From contig CAWCKY010000004.1 of assembly GCA_963796275.1 (NCBI GenBank), forward strand, positions 448,001-512,000: DNA of 64,000 nt, written 5' to 3'. A program made the position numbers and the translations under genes. Positions 32,320 to 44,724 of the stretch are shown piece after piece (the first letter of the stretch is position 1; the number at the start of each line of letters is the position of its first letter). Source of the stretch: an uncultured Acidobacteriota bacterium. GTDB taxonomy: Bacteria > Acidobacteriota > Blastocatellia > RBC074. The notes beneath the pieces were generated by a model. The model was not told the DNA's origin, did not search any database, and worked only from the letters and a program-made list of their open reading frames with translations.

Positions 32320-34794
32320 TCAATCGTGTCTCAGCGTCTTCAGAGGATTAAGTTTTGTCGCGCGCCTCGCCGGGATATAACAAGCCAGCAGCGCCACTGC
32401 TGACAGCAACAGTGAGACCGCGATGAAGGTTACCGGATCGGTCGGCTGCACTTTATAGAGCAATCCGGAAAGCGTCCGCGTCAACGCATAAGCTGCAACC
32501 AGCCCGACGCTGATGCCGATGAGGATCAGCGTCATTCCATGCTTGAGTATGATCTTTAGTACGTCGGGCGCCTGCGCCCCAAGCGCGATGCGGATACCGA
32601 TCTCCTGCGTACGCTGCGTAACGGCGTAGGAGATCACGCCGTAAATCCCCATGACGGCCAGCGCAAGCGCGACGGCGGCCAGCGCGGTGAGCAGCAACAT
32701 ATTGAAGCGCGGGCGAGCAATGGAGCGCCAGAGCACCCGTTCCATCGGCCTGACATCGGCTATCGCCAGCATCGGATCCAATTCGTGAATCTCACGCCTG
32801 ACAGAGGCGCTCAAACTCGCCGGGTCGACAGTCGTGCGCACCAGGACAGTCCCAAAAGCAAAAGACCAACTTTTATGCGGCCAGTAGACAGTCGGCCTGC
32901 TCTCGGATTCGAAGTCGGTGATTTTAACATCTCCCACAACGCCGATAATTTCATCCAGCGGTTCGGTCGGACGGTTTAGTCGTACCCGGCGGCCCAGCGG
33001 GTTCTCGTTGGGCCAGAATTGTCGCGCCATCGTTTCATTGATGATGATCACTCGGTCATCCGCTTCGCTAATTTCACGTTGCGTGAAATCCCGCCCTAAT
33101 CTAACCGGAATGCCCATAGTTCTAAAGTAGTTACTATTCAACAGGCGGACATCGGCTACCGGTTTGTTCGGCTGGTCCAGCGCGTGGACGCCCTCGACCA
33201 TAAAGGGCATAGCGAAGCCGTTCAGACCCAGCCCGGAGCTTAATGGCAGGTGACTTACGACGCTGGCGGATTCTACCCCGGGAAGCGCATCAAGCCGTTG
33301 GATTATCTGCTCAAAAAATGCCGTACGTTTGGGACCGTCGATGTATGCGGGTGGAGGCAGCAGCAATTTCATCGTTAGCAGGTTCCGCGGATTGAAGCCC
33401 GGGTCGGTCACTTGCAGGAGTAGAAAACTCCGGATCATCAAACCACATCCTATCAGAAGTACGAGAGCGAGCGCGATTTCCGACACTATGAACAGGCTGC
33501 GCAGCCTGGCGCTCCTCATGCCCGACATCACGCTTCTTCCGCTTTCCTTCAACATTCGGTTGAGATCGAGAGTTGCGGCATGAAACGAGGGCGCGAGGCC
33601 GGAGATGATCCCCGCAAGCAAGGAAACACCTGCTGTAAAACCGAGCACAACGCCATCCAATGGTAAGGCGTCTAGCTCCGACAAGCGCGGGATGTTGGCG
33701 GGATCGAGCGCGACCAGCAATTCGACAAGTGATAACGCAAGCAACAGACCGAGGGCGCCGCCCAGTGCGGCCAGGATGAGATTTTCGGTCAGCAAAAGGC
33801 GAATGAGCCGCCGGCGACCCGCGCCCAGCGAAGCGCGAATGGCCATTTCCCTCTCTCTGGCGGCCGCCTGAGCCAGACGAAGATTGGCGACGTTGGCGCA
33901 TGCTATCAGGAGAACGAAACCGACCGCTCCGAGCAGGGTGAAGAGCGTCTGGTGGATGTTTCCAATCACACGCAGGTCGACCGGCTCGACGCTCACATTG
34001 ACGCCGGCATTTAGGACCGGATCCTTCTGTTGCAACTGGCCGGCTATAACATTCATCTCCGCTTGCGCCTGCTCAACCGTCACAAACGGCTTGAGTCGCG
34101 CCAGCACACCTAAGAAACGTCCGAAGCCGGCAGCGGAATAACCTTTCGCAGGGTCCAAACCCAGGGGTGTCCACACATCCGCCTCTTGTTCATTAAATTT
34201 GAACCCGGGCGGCATGACCCCGATCACCGAATGGCCCACGCCGTCGATACTGATCGTGGTCCCGGGAACACTCTGATCTCCGCCGAAACGTCGCTGCCAG
34301 AGACCGTGGCTCAAAATTGCGACTCGATCGCCATGCGGCGTTTCTTCTTTCCTCACGGTGTGCGGCATGTCCTCTTGCTGCGAGAAGACACGGCCCAGCG
34401 CAGCCTGGACGCCCAGCATTGGAAAGAAATTGGCCGAGACTTGATGGAGTCGGACCGGCTCCGGCTCACCCGAACCGGTGAGGGTCTGCTGATCGAGAGC
34501 TAGCATTGCGGCGAGCTCTTCTAATACGCGGTTGTTCTTCTGCCAATCGTGGAAATTGTCGGGCGCCACTCTCCCCCAAATGATCGCGCTCCTGGAACGA
34601 TATTCCGAGAGCATCACCAGCCTCTCGGGCTCGCGATAGGGGAGCGGACGCAGCATAACTGCATTAACGACGCTGAAGATAGCGCTATTCGCGCCGATTC
34701 CTAAAGCCAGGCTGAGCACGATGATGGCTGTGAAGATCGGCCTATTGCGCAGCATCCTCAGGCTGTACCGAATATCTTTCCAGAGAGTATCCAT
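32320..34794 (-). CDS. ADOP-type duplicated MacB/FtsX ABC permease
   Basis: [81 protein letters not shown]. Confidence 0.95.
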   Translation of the reverse strand: MDTLWKDIRYSLRMLRNRPIFTAIIVLSLALGIGANSAIFSVVNAVMLRPLPYREPERLVMLSEYRSRSAIIWGRVAPDNFHDWQKNNRVLEELAAMLALDQQTLTGSGEPEPVRLHQVSANFFPMLGVQAALGRVFSQQEDMPHTVRKEETPHGDRVAILSHGLWQRRFGGDQSVPGTTISIDGVGHSVIGVMPPGFKFNEQEADVWTPLGLDPAKGYSAAGFGRFLGVLARLKPFVTVEQAQAEMNVIAGQLQQKDPVLNAGVNVSVEPVDLRVIGNIHQTLFTLLGAVGFVLLIACANVANLRLAQAAAREREMAIRASLGAGRRRLIRLLLTENLILAALGGALGLLLALSLVELLVALDPANIPRLSELDALPLDGVVLGFTAGVSLLAGIISGLAPSFHAATLDLNRMLKESGRSVMSGMRSARLRSLFIVSEIALALVLLIGCGLMIRSFLLLQVTDPGFNPRNLLTMKLLLPPPAYIDGPKRTAFFEQIIQRLDALPGVESASVVSHLPLSSGLGLNGFAMPFMVEGVHALDQPNKPVADVRLLNSNYFRTMGIPVRLGRDFTQREISEADDRVIIINETMARQFWPNENPLGRRVRLNRPTEPLDEIIGVVGDVKITDFESESRPTVYWPHKSWSFAFGTVLVRTTVDPASLSASVRREIHELDPMLAIADVRPMERVLWRSIARPRFNMLLLTALAAVALALAVMGIYGVISYAVTQRTQEIGIRIALGAQAPDVLKIILKHGMTLILIGISVGLVAAYALTRTLSGLLYKVQPTDPVTFIAVSLLLSAVALLACYIPARRATKLNPLKTLRHD

Positions 34795-35148
34795 AGGTTA
34801 ATCTCCTGGGGCAAACTCCTGGTGAAAGAGCGAACGCGAAACACGCGAAGCAGACGAAGAAAATCTCATCGTGGGTTTATCCGCGTGTATAGCCTAATTC
34901 ACATGTTTCGCGTTCTCGAGGGCATGAATAGAAATCGCTATCGATGCGAAGTATATAGAGGACTGCGACAACCTCAAACTCAATTTTGCAACGCATACGG
35001 CGATAGAACGCCTATGCCGGCAAACGCAATTGTCATCTTCCTCTACCGGCCACCTGACGCTTCACACACAGGCGACTTTGAGTTGGGCTTATCCCTATTT
35101 TGTTGCTCATTCATTTGATTATTGAATTGGGCGCTGACGCCCAACTTA

Positions 35149-35925
35149 TTACTTGGATTCCTCAGGTGACACTATCATCCACTCCCATATCGTCTCGCCT
35201 AAACGATATATGGGGCAGACACTTGTCCCAAGCGCAGGCACTGGCAGCCCAAACTTTTCCCCGGAGGCGAAGTACCACATTTGCTCGGGTTGGGAGCGCA
35301 CGATGTTGTAGAAATATTTGAAATGATCGCCTGTGATAGCTTCAGCCAGGTTGCCTATTTCGACTTCGTAGCGGCTTCCACTTTGAAAGACGAAATCTTC
35401 GGTTCCGTTGAAGAAATGTAACACAGCGTAGCCGCCCTCCGGAATCTCAACTTCAAGACCAGCGCTGGTCGCCATCTCTGTTGGCCCATGCGCGCATAAT
35501 TTGCCCGTGCCTAGATCGGCAAAGCGAACATTGGTATATGGATTGGTAGAGTAAATACTTCCATTCCTGAAGTAGAGCCGCGCTCGACATAGCTTCGGAT
35601 CGACCTGTAACTTTTCATTCGGGTGCAGATCATTCTCGATATCCACCAGCATATCGAATGAACGATGCGGATCGTCAGGCGACTGGGGAATATAACGGCC
35701 GAGCGGCTTGCCTTCGGGAAATACTTCAAGGCAGATGTCACCGTTGATTTCGGTAAAGGTGTGATATTCACGCTCAACCACCCCATCCCGTTTGATGATG
35801 ATGTGAGGTTCGTGGATATGTTCAGGCGCCTCTCCCTCGGTTGAGATCAGGCCGACCATCAGGCGTTCCGGGTATCTGCTGAAAAATGCACAAAGGTCTT
35901 CAAAACTGAATCTAATCGTGTTCAT
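35149..35925 (-). CDS. Hypothetical protein (258 aa, beta-rich), divergent from the CHAT gene
   Basis: AAGGAG RBS, long open frame, no recognised domain. Confidence 0.8.
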   Translation of the reverse strand: MNTIRFSFEDLCAFFSRYPERLMVGLISTEGEAPEHIHEPHIIIKRDGVVEREYHTFTEINGDICLEVFPEGKPLGRYIPQSPDDPHRSFDMLVDIENDLHPNEKLQVDPKLCRARLYFRNGSIYSTNPYTNVRFADLGTGKLCAHGPTEMATSAGLEVEIPEGGYAVLHFFNGTEDFVFQSGSRYEVEIGNLAEAITGDHFKYFYNIVRSQPEQMWYFASGEKFGLPVPALGTSVCPIYRLGETIWEWMIVSPEESK

Positions 35926-36663
35926 GGTTTCTCCTTTTTATGGGCCAGTTTTATTGAGCCAGTTAAATCAATGAGCTTCTTGAGTTGGTAATCAACGCGG
36001 AGGAAAGCGCGAGGAAATCAGGGATATGCTCTTCCCTGTTCTCCATGCTATTCCCCAAAATTTACTTGTTTTCTCCGCGTTATCTGCAACCAAAGGCTTG
36101 TGTTAAGCGGTTCAACCAGTCGTAGCGCCTGATCGAATCTGGTACTACGACCAGAATTATTCGAGCAACTACATAATGCTCTAATAAACTTTCTGACAGC
36201 TAATACTATTTCTGAGGATAAGACGGATACCGTTCTTTTTTTATTTCAGCGTCAATTCTATCTGCGCGTTTAGTTGGAGGAATCTATCTGTGGGTGTATT
36301 TGGGAGATTCGATTTGAAATTTACACATTTAAGCCATTAAACAGTTACAAAATATTGACCTGTGGTCTCTTTACGTTGAGAATGTGGTTGTACGTCGTGA
36401 CTCAGGCTGAAAATTTATTGTCTGCTTCCCTAATAACCTGGTAATTTTCTTCATTGGGAAGATTCTCACAAAGATGCAGTCGATTTATCCGGCTCCCCAC
36501 TCAACACTTTGAGTGACTTTTACAAAAATAATAATTGCGAAATAGGCAAATTTTTCTCTGTATTGCGTCCTTCTAACAATAGAAGGCTTTTTGGAATCAG
36601 CTCAATTCAAATCTGGAAAATTAAGAGTCTTCGAAGTCCCCCAATTAACGTTAAGAGAATACG

Positions 36664-39600
36664 ATGATAGAAGAAAGCAAAGGAAAGTACGGGCAGATAA
36701 AACATCCAGACAGAAACTTGATGGTAGGTTATGTGACTGGATACTGTTCCGCAGATGCAAGAGAGATCATTGAGGAGCATTGCATAGATTGTCACGAATG
36801 TCGAACTCAACTATCTTTTCTGCTTCACCTGACCATTTCTCATCCGGACGAAAATGAGAGGCGAGAGACCAGTACACTGCAGCCGTATGGAGAAGCAGCG
36901 GCTGCTCGAGCTCGATCAATCGTGATGGGGCAGCAGAAACAGCACCGCAGTCAGCCGGGCAGTTCTTCAGCGACAGGGTGGGGAAAAAGGTTTTGGGTTC
37001 ATAGACCTGTACTCGTACCAGCACTGATGATCATCGTACTGATTGCCGGCAGTCTTTTTGGATACGTCATCACGTATCGTCAGTCTTCCGAAGAAATTAT
37101 GCTCGCACGCGTGCGTGATGTTTACCAGAACACTCGTTTGCTTCAGGCGCGTGTGACGGGCGGCTTTACACACCAGGAATATGTGGAGATACGCAACCCG
37201 GGCGATCCTATCGGAGTAGATGAGAGCCGGCGCATTGCTTTATTGTCGGAGTTAGACCACGAAGTATACACACATCAAAAAGCTGCCACCCGCCACAACC
37301 TGGGCAAACTTTTCATGTTGCATGGCGATCTGGGTCCCGCTGAGCAGCAGTTTTTACTCGCGTTGAAGGATCGTCCGCGGGATGCCAGTCTTCTGGCCGA
37401 TCTCGGCGCGCTTTACTTCGAGCGCAGCCGGAAAAAGATTAAGGAAAGTTACGAGCCATTGCACAAAGCTGTCGAGCATCTCTCGAACGCCATTGAGACC
37501 GATCCCACGCTTCCCGAGGCTTGGTTCAACCGTGCGCTCTGTTATGAAAGGATGAACCTCTTCCTGCAAGCGGAAAACGACTGGAAACAATATCTCACAC
37601 TAGACAGCGAGTCGGCCTGGGCGGAGGAGGCGCGCGAGCATCTCAATGAATTGCGCGACCGCGCGACGAGGCTGGAGAAGCTGGAACAGAACGTGCAGGC
37701 TGAGTTCCAAGCAGCCGAGGCTGCGGGCGACGAGGTCAAGATGCGCGATTTGGTGGCCGGGCATTTCGTCCCGGTGCGAAATCTCGCGATGGATCAACTT
37801 TTCGATCAGTATTTGAACGCAGCCATAGTCGGAGAGAACCAAAGAGCCGATCAATTCTTGCGGAGTCTCAAAAATATTGGGCGGCTGATAAGCGAGATCA
37901 AGGGAGATCGCTTCATCGCTGATGTAGTTGATTTTGTGGCACGCGGCTCCCTAGCGGTTAAAAGGGAGGTACAGGCCATCTGTCAGACATTACAGCAAGC
38001 TAGACAGGAAGATTTACGTGGCAATACCGGCGCCGCCTCTGCCCTATACGAGAAGGCTCGTAACGCTGCTGATCGCATCGCGGATTATTGTCATGCTGAA
38101 ATGGCCTCTCTTGGCCTTGCCCGCTACTATCAGCACAGAGACGAATCTCAGAAACTCCTAGGACTCAGAAACCGCTTAATCATTGACACTAAAAGACATA
38201 GCCATCGACAATTGTACGCACAGGCTCTACTCGCTCTGGCCAATTCCGAAATTGCGGCACAGCATTTATCGCTTTGCCTGCAACACAGTAAGGAGGCTGC
38301 TGAAGTCGCCAAGAGTTTAGGTGACACACAAACAGCAGTTAACAGTTTGAGATTTGTCGGTTTCGCTTTTACCCGCCTGGGCGAGTACGATCCGGCATTA
38401 AAGGAGTTCAACGAAGCTATTTCGTTATTGCGCGATTCACCGATAACGCCGCTCATGGCTGCTGGTGCTAACGATGTATTGGGCGATACTCTATTTCGGA
38501 TGGGCAGGTATCTTACCGCTCTACCTTATCAGCACGAAGCGATACGAATGTGTGAGCGATCCGGCAACACCACAGTCCTGGCAATCATGATACAGAATCT
38601 CGGAATGACCTACGGTATGCTGGGGCATTATGAGAAGGCTATGCATTATCTCAATGATGCAGTCGCACGCGCGGAGACAATATCAGATCAGGTAGCACGC
38701 TTCCGGTTACAAATAGATATCTATACCAGGTTTGGGGATTTCTACCTGCAACAAAATAAAATCAGCGAAGCAATTGCCACTTACCGACGAGCCATTGAGA
38801 ACATCGGCCAGGGACCTAGTCGATTCCACCTGTCGTCCATCCACAATGGATTGGCGACAGCGTATCTAGCTCAGGGCAAAGACTCCGAGGCCGAGGCGGA
38901 GCTTGAGAAGAGTATTAGACTCACGGAAGAGGCACGCAAAGGAATCGATGATTTACATCGCCGAGGCACCTTCCTCGCCAGCCAACAGAATGTTTACCGC
39001 ACAATGATCGACTTTCAGTTCCTCAACAAAAAAGATTCCGTGCGGGCTTTCAATTACGCCGAGATCGCCAAGGGTCGTGAGCTGCTCGACGCGTTAAGCG
39101 GCTCAGGGCGACCGACTGAGAGCGACGGCCAGGTCAAGTTGGCTCTCTCTCGCAGCGCAGACCCGCTCACACTGGAACAGGTGCAGAAAGCGCTGCCCGC
39201 CGGCGTCCAGCTCGTGCAATATGTCGTCGACAAGAATCGCTTGATGATTTGGTTCGTCACGCGTGATTGTTTTGCCACCACTAAACTCGATATCGGCGCG
39301 GACGATTTGCGCGGCAAGGTCACAAGTTACCTCGATACGCTGCGCGCGCGGGGCAACCTGGAGAACCTGAACCGCCAGGCGTCTGATTTGTATCAATTAC
39401 TGATCGCGCCGATCGGCGGACACCTCAATCGGAATCACACCCTCTGCATCGTGCCGGATGGCGTATTGCGAGATTTGCCCTTCGCTTCGCTGGTATCCCC
39501 GGAATTGAAACGTTACCTGATCGAGGATTTCGCGCTAATCATCAACCCGAGCGCGAGCGTCTTCGCGCGTACACTAGATCTATCTCGTAGCAAACAGAGG

Positions 39601-40272
39601 AGCGAATCGGAGCCGTTTCTCGGTCTCGGCAATCCCAGTTTCAATCAACAGGCCTTCCCCAAACTTTTTCCCCTTCACAAGTCGGAGCAGGAGCTCGATC
39701 GCATCCGTTCCTTCTACCCGCAGCGCCTGGTCCTGAACCGCCGGCAAGCTACTGAAAGCGCGCTCGCCCAACAAATAGGCAACTATGAGATCGTCCATCT
39801 GGCCACGCACGCGTTGAGCAATCAAAAGTCTACTATGCTCTCTACCGTCTTCCTGGCTGGCGAGAGCGATTCTGCGACAGAGGGACAGAATCCCGATCGA
39901 GTCGCCTATGACGGCGCTCTTCGTGCTCACGAGATCTACCGTTTGAAGCCGGAGAGAACGCGCCTGGTCGTTCTTTCGAGCTGTCGCTCCGGACTGGGCG
40001 ATCAGTCACGCAATGAAACGATGGGCGGCCTGGCGCAGGCTTTCCTGGTCGCCGGCGTCCCGACTGTGGTCGCAAGCCTGTGGGATGTCGATGATGATAG
40101 CACTGCCCGGCTGATGGAGAAGTTCCACGCCGCACATCGCGAAAAGAGACTGGCCTTCGGCGAGGCTTTACGGCAGACTCAGATTTCGTTCTTGCAAACC
40201 GCGCCGCTGCGTCTTCGGCATCCGTACTTCTGGGCGACTTTCATAGTCACGGGCGACGGATTGGCCGGCTAA
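36664..40272 (+). CDS. zf-HC2 / TM / TPR / CHAT (caspase-like) protein
   Basis: EEHCIDCHEC zinc finger, TM segment, TPRs, CHAT catalytic motifs IVHLATHA and VVLSSCRSG, VVASLWDVDD, HPYFWATF. Confidence 0.93.
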   Translation: MIEESKGKYGQIKHPDRNLMVGYVTGYCSADAREIIEEHCIDCHECRTQLSFLLHLTISHPDENERRETSTLQPYGEAAAARARSIVMGQQKQHRSQPGSSSATGWGKRFWVHRPVLVPALMIIVLIAGSLFGYVITYRQSSEEIMLARVRDVYQNTRLLQARVTGGFTHQEYVEIRNPGDPIGVDESRRIALLSELDHEVYTHQKAATRHNLGKLFMLHGDLGPAEQQFLLALKDRPRDASLLADLGALYFERSRKKIKESYEPLHKAVEHLSNAIETDPTLPEAWFNRALCYERMNLFLQAENDWKQYLTLDSESAWAEEAREHLNELRDRATRLEKLEQNVQAEFQAAEAAGDEVKMRDLVAGHFVPVRNLAMDQLFDQYLNAAIVGENQRADQFLRSLKNIGRLISEIKGDRFIADVVDFVARGSLAVKREVQAICQTLQQARQEDLRGNTGAASALYEKARNAADRIADYCHAEMASLGLARYYQHRDESQKLLGLRNRLIIDTKRHSHRQLYAQALLALANSEIAAQHLSLCLQHSKEAAEVAKSLGDTQTAVNSLRFVGFAFTRLGEYDPALKEFNEAISLLRDSPITPLMAAGANDVLGDTLFRMGRYLTALPYQHEAIRMCERSGNTTVLAIMIQNLGMTYGMLGHYEKAMHYLNDAVARAETISDQVARFRLQIDIYTRFGDFYLQQNKISEAIATYRRAIENIGQGPSRFHLSSIHNGLATAYLAQGKDSEAEAELEKSIRLTEEARKGIDDLHRRGTFLASQQNVYRTMIDFQFLNKKDSVRAFNYAEIAKGRELLDALSGSGRPTESDGQVKLALSRSADPLTLEQVQKALPAGVQLVQYVVDKNRLMIWFVTRDCFATTKLDIGADDLRGKVTSYLDTLRARGNLENLNRQASDLYQLLIAPIGGHLNRNHTLCIVPDGVLRDLPFASLVSPELKRYLIEDFALIINPSASVFARTLDLSRSKQRSESEPFLGLGNPSFNQQAFPKLFPLHKSEQELDRIRSFYPQRLVLNRRQATESALAQQIGNYEIVHLATHALSNQKSTMLSTVFLAGESDSATEGQNPDRVAYDGALRAHEIYRLKPERTRLVVLSSCRSGLGDQSRNETMGGLAQAFLVAGVPTVVASLWDVDDDSTARLMEKFHAAHREKRLAFGEALRQTQISFLQTAPLRLRHPYFWATFIVTGDGLAG

Positions 40273-40289
40273 TTCCGGCTGAATTTGGA

Positions 40290-41828
40290 TCACAGCACCG
40301 CATCGATCAATCGCGGCCCTTCTTCCGACAGGGCTCGCTCCAGCGCATTCGTCAATTCTTCCGCAGTCTCAACCCTCGATGCAGGTACACCCATTCCCTG
40401 CGCCAATTGCGCCCAATCGAGCGCGGGATCGGTGAGGTTCATCAGGCTCTGCGCCTGTTTACCGAACTCCTTCACTCCGGCGCGCATGAGTTCGAGTCCG
40501 AGGATGCGATAGCCGCGGTTGTTGCAGATGATCGTTTTGACGTTGAGCTGTTCGCGCGCCTGCGTCCAGAGCGATTGCAGCGTATACATCGCGCTGCCAT
40601 CGGCCTGCAATGTGATAACGGGCCGATCGGGACATGCGACGGCGGCTCCGGTCGCGCAGGGCAATCCCAAACCGATCGCGCCGCCCGGTTGTGTCAGATA
40701 CGAATGCCTAGGCGCGCTCTGAGACGTTACGCAGAACGGCCCGGTGCTGGTGTTGCCCTCCTCCATCACTATGGCATTCTCCGGCAACAACGAAGCAACA
40801 ACAGCGGATAGAATGCCAGGATCGATTTTGCCCCCCTGAGGCGGCGGGACTGTTCGAACGAGGTTGACTTCCATCTCGCCGGGGGCGCCAAGAGCATCGG
40901 CCAACGCCTCGAGCGCCGCAGCGACATCATCCTCCGGGGTCGCGAGCGTTATCGTCTTCTGTTCCGGTGAAATCAGCAAACTCGGCAATCCGGGATAGCC
41001 GAAGAATGCCACCGGCGATCGAGCGCCGGCCAGAATCACCGATTTGTAAGGCGAGATGGCTGCCATAGCGGGTTCAGGGAAATAGGGTAACCGCTCGATA
41101 AGCGGAGTACCCGTCCCCCGCTCCCAACGGGCCGGAAAAGTCTCGCACATCAGCTTGCAGTTGCTCGCTGCGGCGACGCGGGCCGCGGCTTTCAAGCCGC
41201 GCTCCCGTAAGGCATACCCGCCGAGAAATAGGACCGCTTCATTTCGTATGGCCCGCGCTGCCTGGTCGACCGCCTCGCTGCTAACCAGCGGAGGCGACGG
41301 AACCGGTAACGATGGAGCATATCCATTGACAGACTCGAGCTGATAATCGTGCGGCACGATCAAAGTCGCAATGTTTCCCGGCGTTCTCGAAGCTGCGGCT
41401 ACAGCGTCTGCCGCATCACCGGCCAGCCTCACGGCGGATGTGCTTCGGCGCACCCAGGCTGAAACCGGCCGCGCCAGCGATTCGATATCCGAATTCAAGG
41501 GGGGATCGGCTGCCAGGTGCCAGGTCGCGTGATCGCCGATCAGATTGACCACGGGCGACCCGGCTCGCCTTGCATCGTGCAGATATGCAATGCCATTAGC
41601 GAATCCCGGACCCAGATGCAGCAGCGTCAAACCCGGTTTGCCGGACATCCGCGCATAGCCATCAGCCGCGCCGGTGCACACCCCTTCAAACAGACACAGT
41701 ACTGTCCGCATCCCGCCGACATCATCCAATGCCCTCACCATAGGCATCTCGGTCGTGCCGGGATTGGCAAAACAGACATTAATTCCGGCGCCCGTCAATG
41801 TGCGGATTAAGCTCTCTGCTCCGTTCAT
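40290..41828 (-). CDS. Acetolactate synthase large-subunit-like ThDP enzyme
   Basis: [38 protein letters not shown]...NNRGY. Confidence 0.9.
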   Translation of the reverse strand: MNGAESLIRTLTGAGINVCFANPGTTEMPMVRALDDVGGMRTVLCLFEGVCTGAADGYARMSGKPGLTLLHLGPGFANGIAYLHDARRAGSPVVNLIGDHATWHLAADPPLNSDIESLARPVSAWVRRSTSAVRLAGDAADAVAAASRTPGNIATLIVPHDYQLESVNGYAPSLPVPSPPLVSSEAVDQAARAIRNEAVLFLGGYALRERGLKAAARVAAASNCKLMCETFPARWERGTGTPLIERLPYFPEPAMAAISPYKSVILAGARSPVAFFGYPGLPSLLISPEQKTITLATPEDDVAAALEALADALGAPGEMEVNLVRTVPPPQGGKIDPGILSAVVASLLPENAIVMEEGNTSTGPFCVTSQSAPRHSYLTQPGGAIGLGLPCATGAAVACPDRPVITLQADGSAMYTLQSLWTQAREQLNVKTIICNNRGYRILGLELMRAGVKEFGKQAQSLMNLTDPALDWAQLAQGMGVPASRVETAEELTNALERALSEEGPRLIDAVL

Positions 41829-41832
41829 AGTT

Positions 41833-42318
41833 CTATTTTATCGGTGAGTAATCAGTGGCCATCAGGATCACGGAATCGACTTTTTCTGTAAGCCTGCCAT
41901 TCTTCTCGCTCGCAGTCCTGGCCGCCTGCCATTCGGGATCAGCCACGAACTCCTTCCATGACTTTTCGCGCGCCTCGCGGCTCGGAAACGCCATAACATA
42001 GACAAGTTTGTTTTCCGAGCCCTTCTCTTTATCCGCCGGTCCCCAGAATCCAACCACCTCCATTCCGTGCTTCTTGAATATCTTCATCGTGTGATTGCGG
42101 AATCTCGCGTGCAACTCTTCCAGCTTTCCCGGCGCTGCCGTGTATGTGCGGATCTCATAACAGCGCGAATTTTTCGAAAGCGATGGACTGGGAGCGAATG
42201 TCAACGGAGCCGGCGCCGGAGTACTCGCTTGAGCCGGCTGGGCTGTTTGCGCCGATACATTAATTGAAATGACGTAGACAAATGTTGCGATGAGGAAAAA
42301 TCTGATGAGATTGTGCAT
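41833..42318 (-). CDS. Secreted NIPSNAP family protein
   Basis: Signal peptide; [20 protein letters not shown]...FVADPEW; GGAG RBS before ATG 42318. Confidence 0.88.
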   Translation of the reverse strand: MHNLIRFFLIATFVYVISINVSAQTAQPAQASTPAPAPLTFAPSPSLSKNSRCYEIRTYTAAPGKLEELHARFRNHTMKIFKKHGMEVVGFWGPADKEKGSENKLVYVMAFPSREAREKSWKEFVADPEWQAARTASEKNGRLTEKVDSVILMATDYSPIK

Positions 42319-42353
42319 GCGTTTTAGCTCCATTGGAAATATTGGATAAATGA

Positions 42354-42428
42354 ATAGTTGATAGTCGAGTAGTTCGTAGATACTGTGGCAACAATTTATA
42401 CAAACTATCAACTATCAATTATCAATTA
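42354..42428. repeat. Inverted heptamer arrays (TAGTTGA-like / TCAACTA-like)
   Basis: Degenerate tandem heptamers on both arms. Confidence 0.65.
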
Positions 42429-42431
42429 GTA

Positions 42432-43199
42432 TCATTTCGGTGGCATACGCAAAGCGCCGTCGAGACGGATCACCTCGCCGTTGAGCATTTCGTTTTCGAT
42501 AATATGCCTGGCCAGCGCGGCATACTCTGATGGGTTCCCCAGGCGCGCCGGAAATGGAACCTGCGTGCCGAGCGCCTGCCTCATCTTCTCAGGCAAGCCG
42601 GCCAGCAGAGGCGTATCGAAAAGGCCCGGCGCGATGGTCACCACACGTATGCCGTAGCGCGCCAGGTCGCGCGCGATGGGCAACGTCATTCCAACGATCC
42701 CGCCTTTTGATGCCGAGTAGGCTGCCTGACCTATCTGGCCGTCGAAAGCCGCGACTGAAGCGGTGTTAACGATCACTCCGCGCTCGCCGCTCGGAGCAGG
42801 ATCCTGTTCCGCCATCTGGACTGCCGCAAGGCGAATCACATTGAATGTTCCGATCAGATTCACTTCGATCACGCGTTTGAACGAGGCGAACGAGTGCGGG
42901 CCTTCTTTTCCGATCGTCTTTTCGGCGACGCCTATTCCCGCGCAATTTATCGCGCCGTGCAATGCGCCGAAATTCGATATGGCCGCGCTAACCGCGTGCT
43001 TGACGCTCTCTTCAACCGTCACATCTGTTTTGATGAAACGCGCTTGCGGTCCTATCTCTCCCGCCAATGCCTCGCCTTTTTCGCTGTTGATGTCGGCTAT
43101 GACCACCTTCGCGCCGTTCGAGGCCAGCAATACGGCAGTAGCCGCGCCGAGCCCCGATCCGCCGCCGGAAACCAGGAATGTTCTGTCTTGAATGTCCAC
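42432..43199 (-). CDS. 3-hydroxyacyl-CoA dehydrogenase (SDR, HSD17B10 type)
   Basis: [49 protein letters not shown]. Confidence 0.93.
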   Translation of the reverse strand: MDIQDRTFLVSGGGSGLGAATAVLLASNGAKVVIADINSEKGEALAGEIGPQARFIKTDVTVEESVKHAVSAAISNFGALHGAINCAGIGVAEKTIGKEGPHSFASFKRVIEVNLIGTFNVIRLAAVQMAEQDPAPSGERGVIVNTASVAAFDGQIGQAAYSASKGGIVGMTLPIARDLARYGIRVVTIAPGLFDTPLLAGLPEKMRQALGTQVPFPARLGNPSEYAALARHIIENEMLNGEVIRLDGALRMPPK

Positions 43200-43215
43200 A
43201 GTGCCTCCTCGGAGA

Positions 43216-43299
43216 TAGTTTTCAGTTTTTAGTTTTTAGTGTTCAGTTGCCTATTGGTATCACGCACCTGAAAACTGAAAACTAAAAACTGAAAACTGA
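43216..43299. repeat. Inverted heptamer arrays (TTTTCAG)n / (CTGAAAA)n
   Basis: About 4 units per arm forming a long hairpin between the thiolase and the SDR. Confidence 0.85.
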
Positions 43300-43305
43300 T
43301 CTTCA

Positions 43306-44466
43306 TCATTTAAGTCGCTCGACGATGGTCGCCGTGGCCATCCCGTGTCCGGCGCACATCACCTGCAACCCGAACTGTCCATCGACCGCATCGAGCCCGG
43401 CCAACAGCTTCGCCATCAGTATCGAGCCGGTAGCCCCGATCGGGTGGCCGTGGGCGATTGCGCCGCCCCACGGATTGACTTTCGACATATCGGGGTTCAA
43501 TTCCCGAGCCCACGAGATCACGACTGTAGCAAAAGCTTCGTTTATCTCGATCCGGTCAAGGTCCTTCATCGCCAGGCCGGCCTTATCGAGCGCAAGCCTG
43601 GTCGCCGGTATCACGCCGTCGAGTTGCATCGTCGGATCACTGCCCACCGCGATGCGCGCGCGGAACCTGGCACGAGGTTTGAACCCATCGGCTTGGGCGA
43701 CCTCGCGGTTTGCTACCAAGACCACTCCTGAACCATCGGATATCTGCGATGAATTCGCCGCAGTGACGACGCCGTTGCCGTTCGGGCGAAAGACCGCCGG
43801 CAGCGCCGCCATCTTCTCCATATTGATTACGTCGCGAATGCCTTCGTCGCGCGCGAGCGCAAAATTCCGAGCTTCCGCGTCAAGTCCGGGCGTCGGCGTT
43901 ATTTCAGTGTGCAATCCAGCGTTCGCCGCGGCGCCGGCTCGGCGATGGCTTTCGGCGGCGAATTCGTCGACCTCTCTGCGGGAGATATTCCATCTATCGG
44001 CAAGGCGCTCGGCGCTCTCTCCCTGATGAATCAGATCGTAATGTTCGCGCATCGCCAGGTAGATTTTCTTCCAGACCTCGCCGCCGTCGCTGCCCATCGG
44101 GACGCGCGTCATGCTCTCTACGCCCGATGCCAGAACGTAATCCATGTCTCCCGCCGCGATGGCTTGCGCAGCGAAATGGATCGCCTGCTGCCCTGAACTG
44201 CAAAAACGGTTGAGCGTTACGCCCGGGACGGTGATCGGCAGCCCCGCCAGCAAGGCCGTGCGGCGCGCGATGTTCATCCCCTGCTCGTTGAGCTGAGATA
44301 CGCAGCCGACGATCAGGTCTCCGATCCTATTCGGATCAACTCCGGTCTTTCTGACCAACGACTGCAAGGCATGCGCGAGCAATTGATCGGGCCGCGTCTC
44401 GCGATAGGCGCCATTAAACTTTCCGATGGGAGTGCGAAGCGCATCGATGATTACCGGTTCCGGCAT
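43306..44466 (-). CDS. Acetyl-CoA acyltransferase (thiolase)
   Basis: [40 protein letters not shown]. Confidence 0.95.
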   Translation of the reverse strand: MPEPVIIDALRTPIGKFNGAYRETRPDQLLAHALQSLVRKTGVDPNRIGDLIVGCVSQLNEQGMNIARRTALLAGLPITVPGVTLNRFCSSGQQAIHFAAQAIAAGDMDYVLASGVESMTRVPMGSDGGEVWKKIYLAMREHYDLIHQGESAERLADRWNISRREVDEFAAESHRRAGAAANAGLHTEITPTPGLDAEARNFALARDEGIRDVINMEKMAALPAVFRPNGNGVVTAANSSQISDGSGVVLVANREVAQADGFKPRARFRARIAVGSDPTMQLDGVIPATRLALDKAGLAMKDLDRIEINEAFATVVISWARELNPDMSKVNPWGGAIAHGHPIGATGSILMAKLLAGLDAVDGQFGLQVMCAGHGMATATIVERLK

Positions 44467-44724
44467 GACGTCCTCCTTTTTAATATTACGCTAGAATGGG
44501 CAATGGCTTTATACTCTGAACCGCCCGATGCGGCAAGACTAACTGTGCCCTGAACATTTCCTCACGCAAAACCATAAATACGAGAGAGGAGAAGATAATA
44601 AGATGCTTAGAAGTTCTGCTTTTCCTCTATTCCCTACTCCTCTTTGAGTCTTCGCGTCTTTGCGTGAGAATTCCCGGCACGAATGCTTCGATCTTTGATT
44701 TCCGAAAAGTTGAGGATAACCGAT

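Noticed and set aside
35926-36663. Sigma gene remnant or ncRNA in the AT-rich gap before the CHAT gene
   Set aside because: No sigma motifs or convincing extended pairing seen; only weak single ECF-like promoter candidates
43216-43299. CRISPR array or transposon ends
   Set aside because: Units are 7 bp with no unique spacers; no cas or transposase genes recognised anywhere in the window
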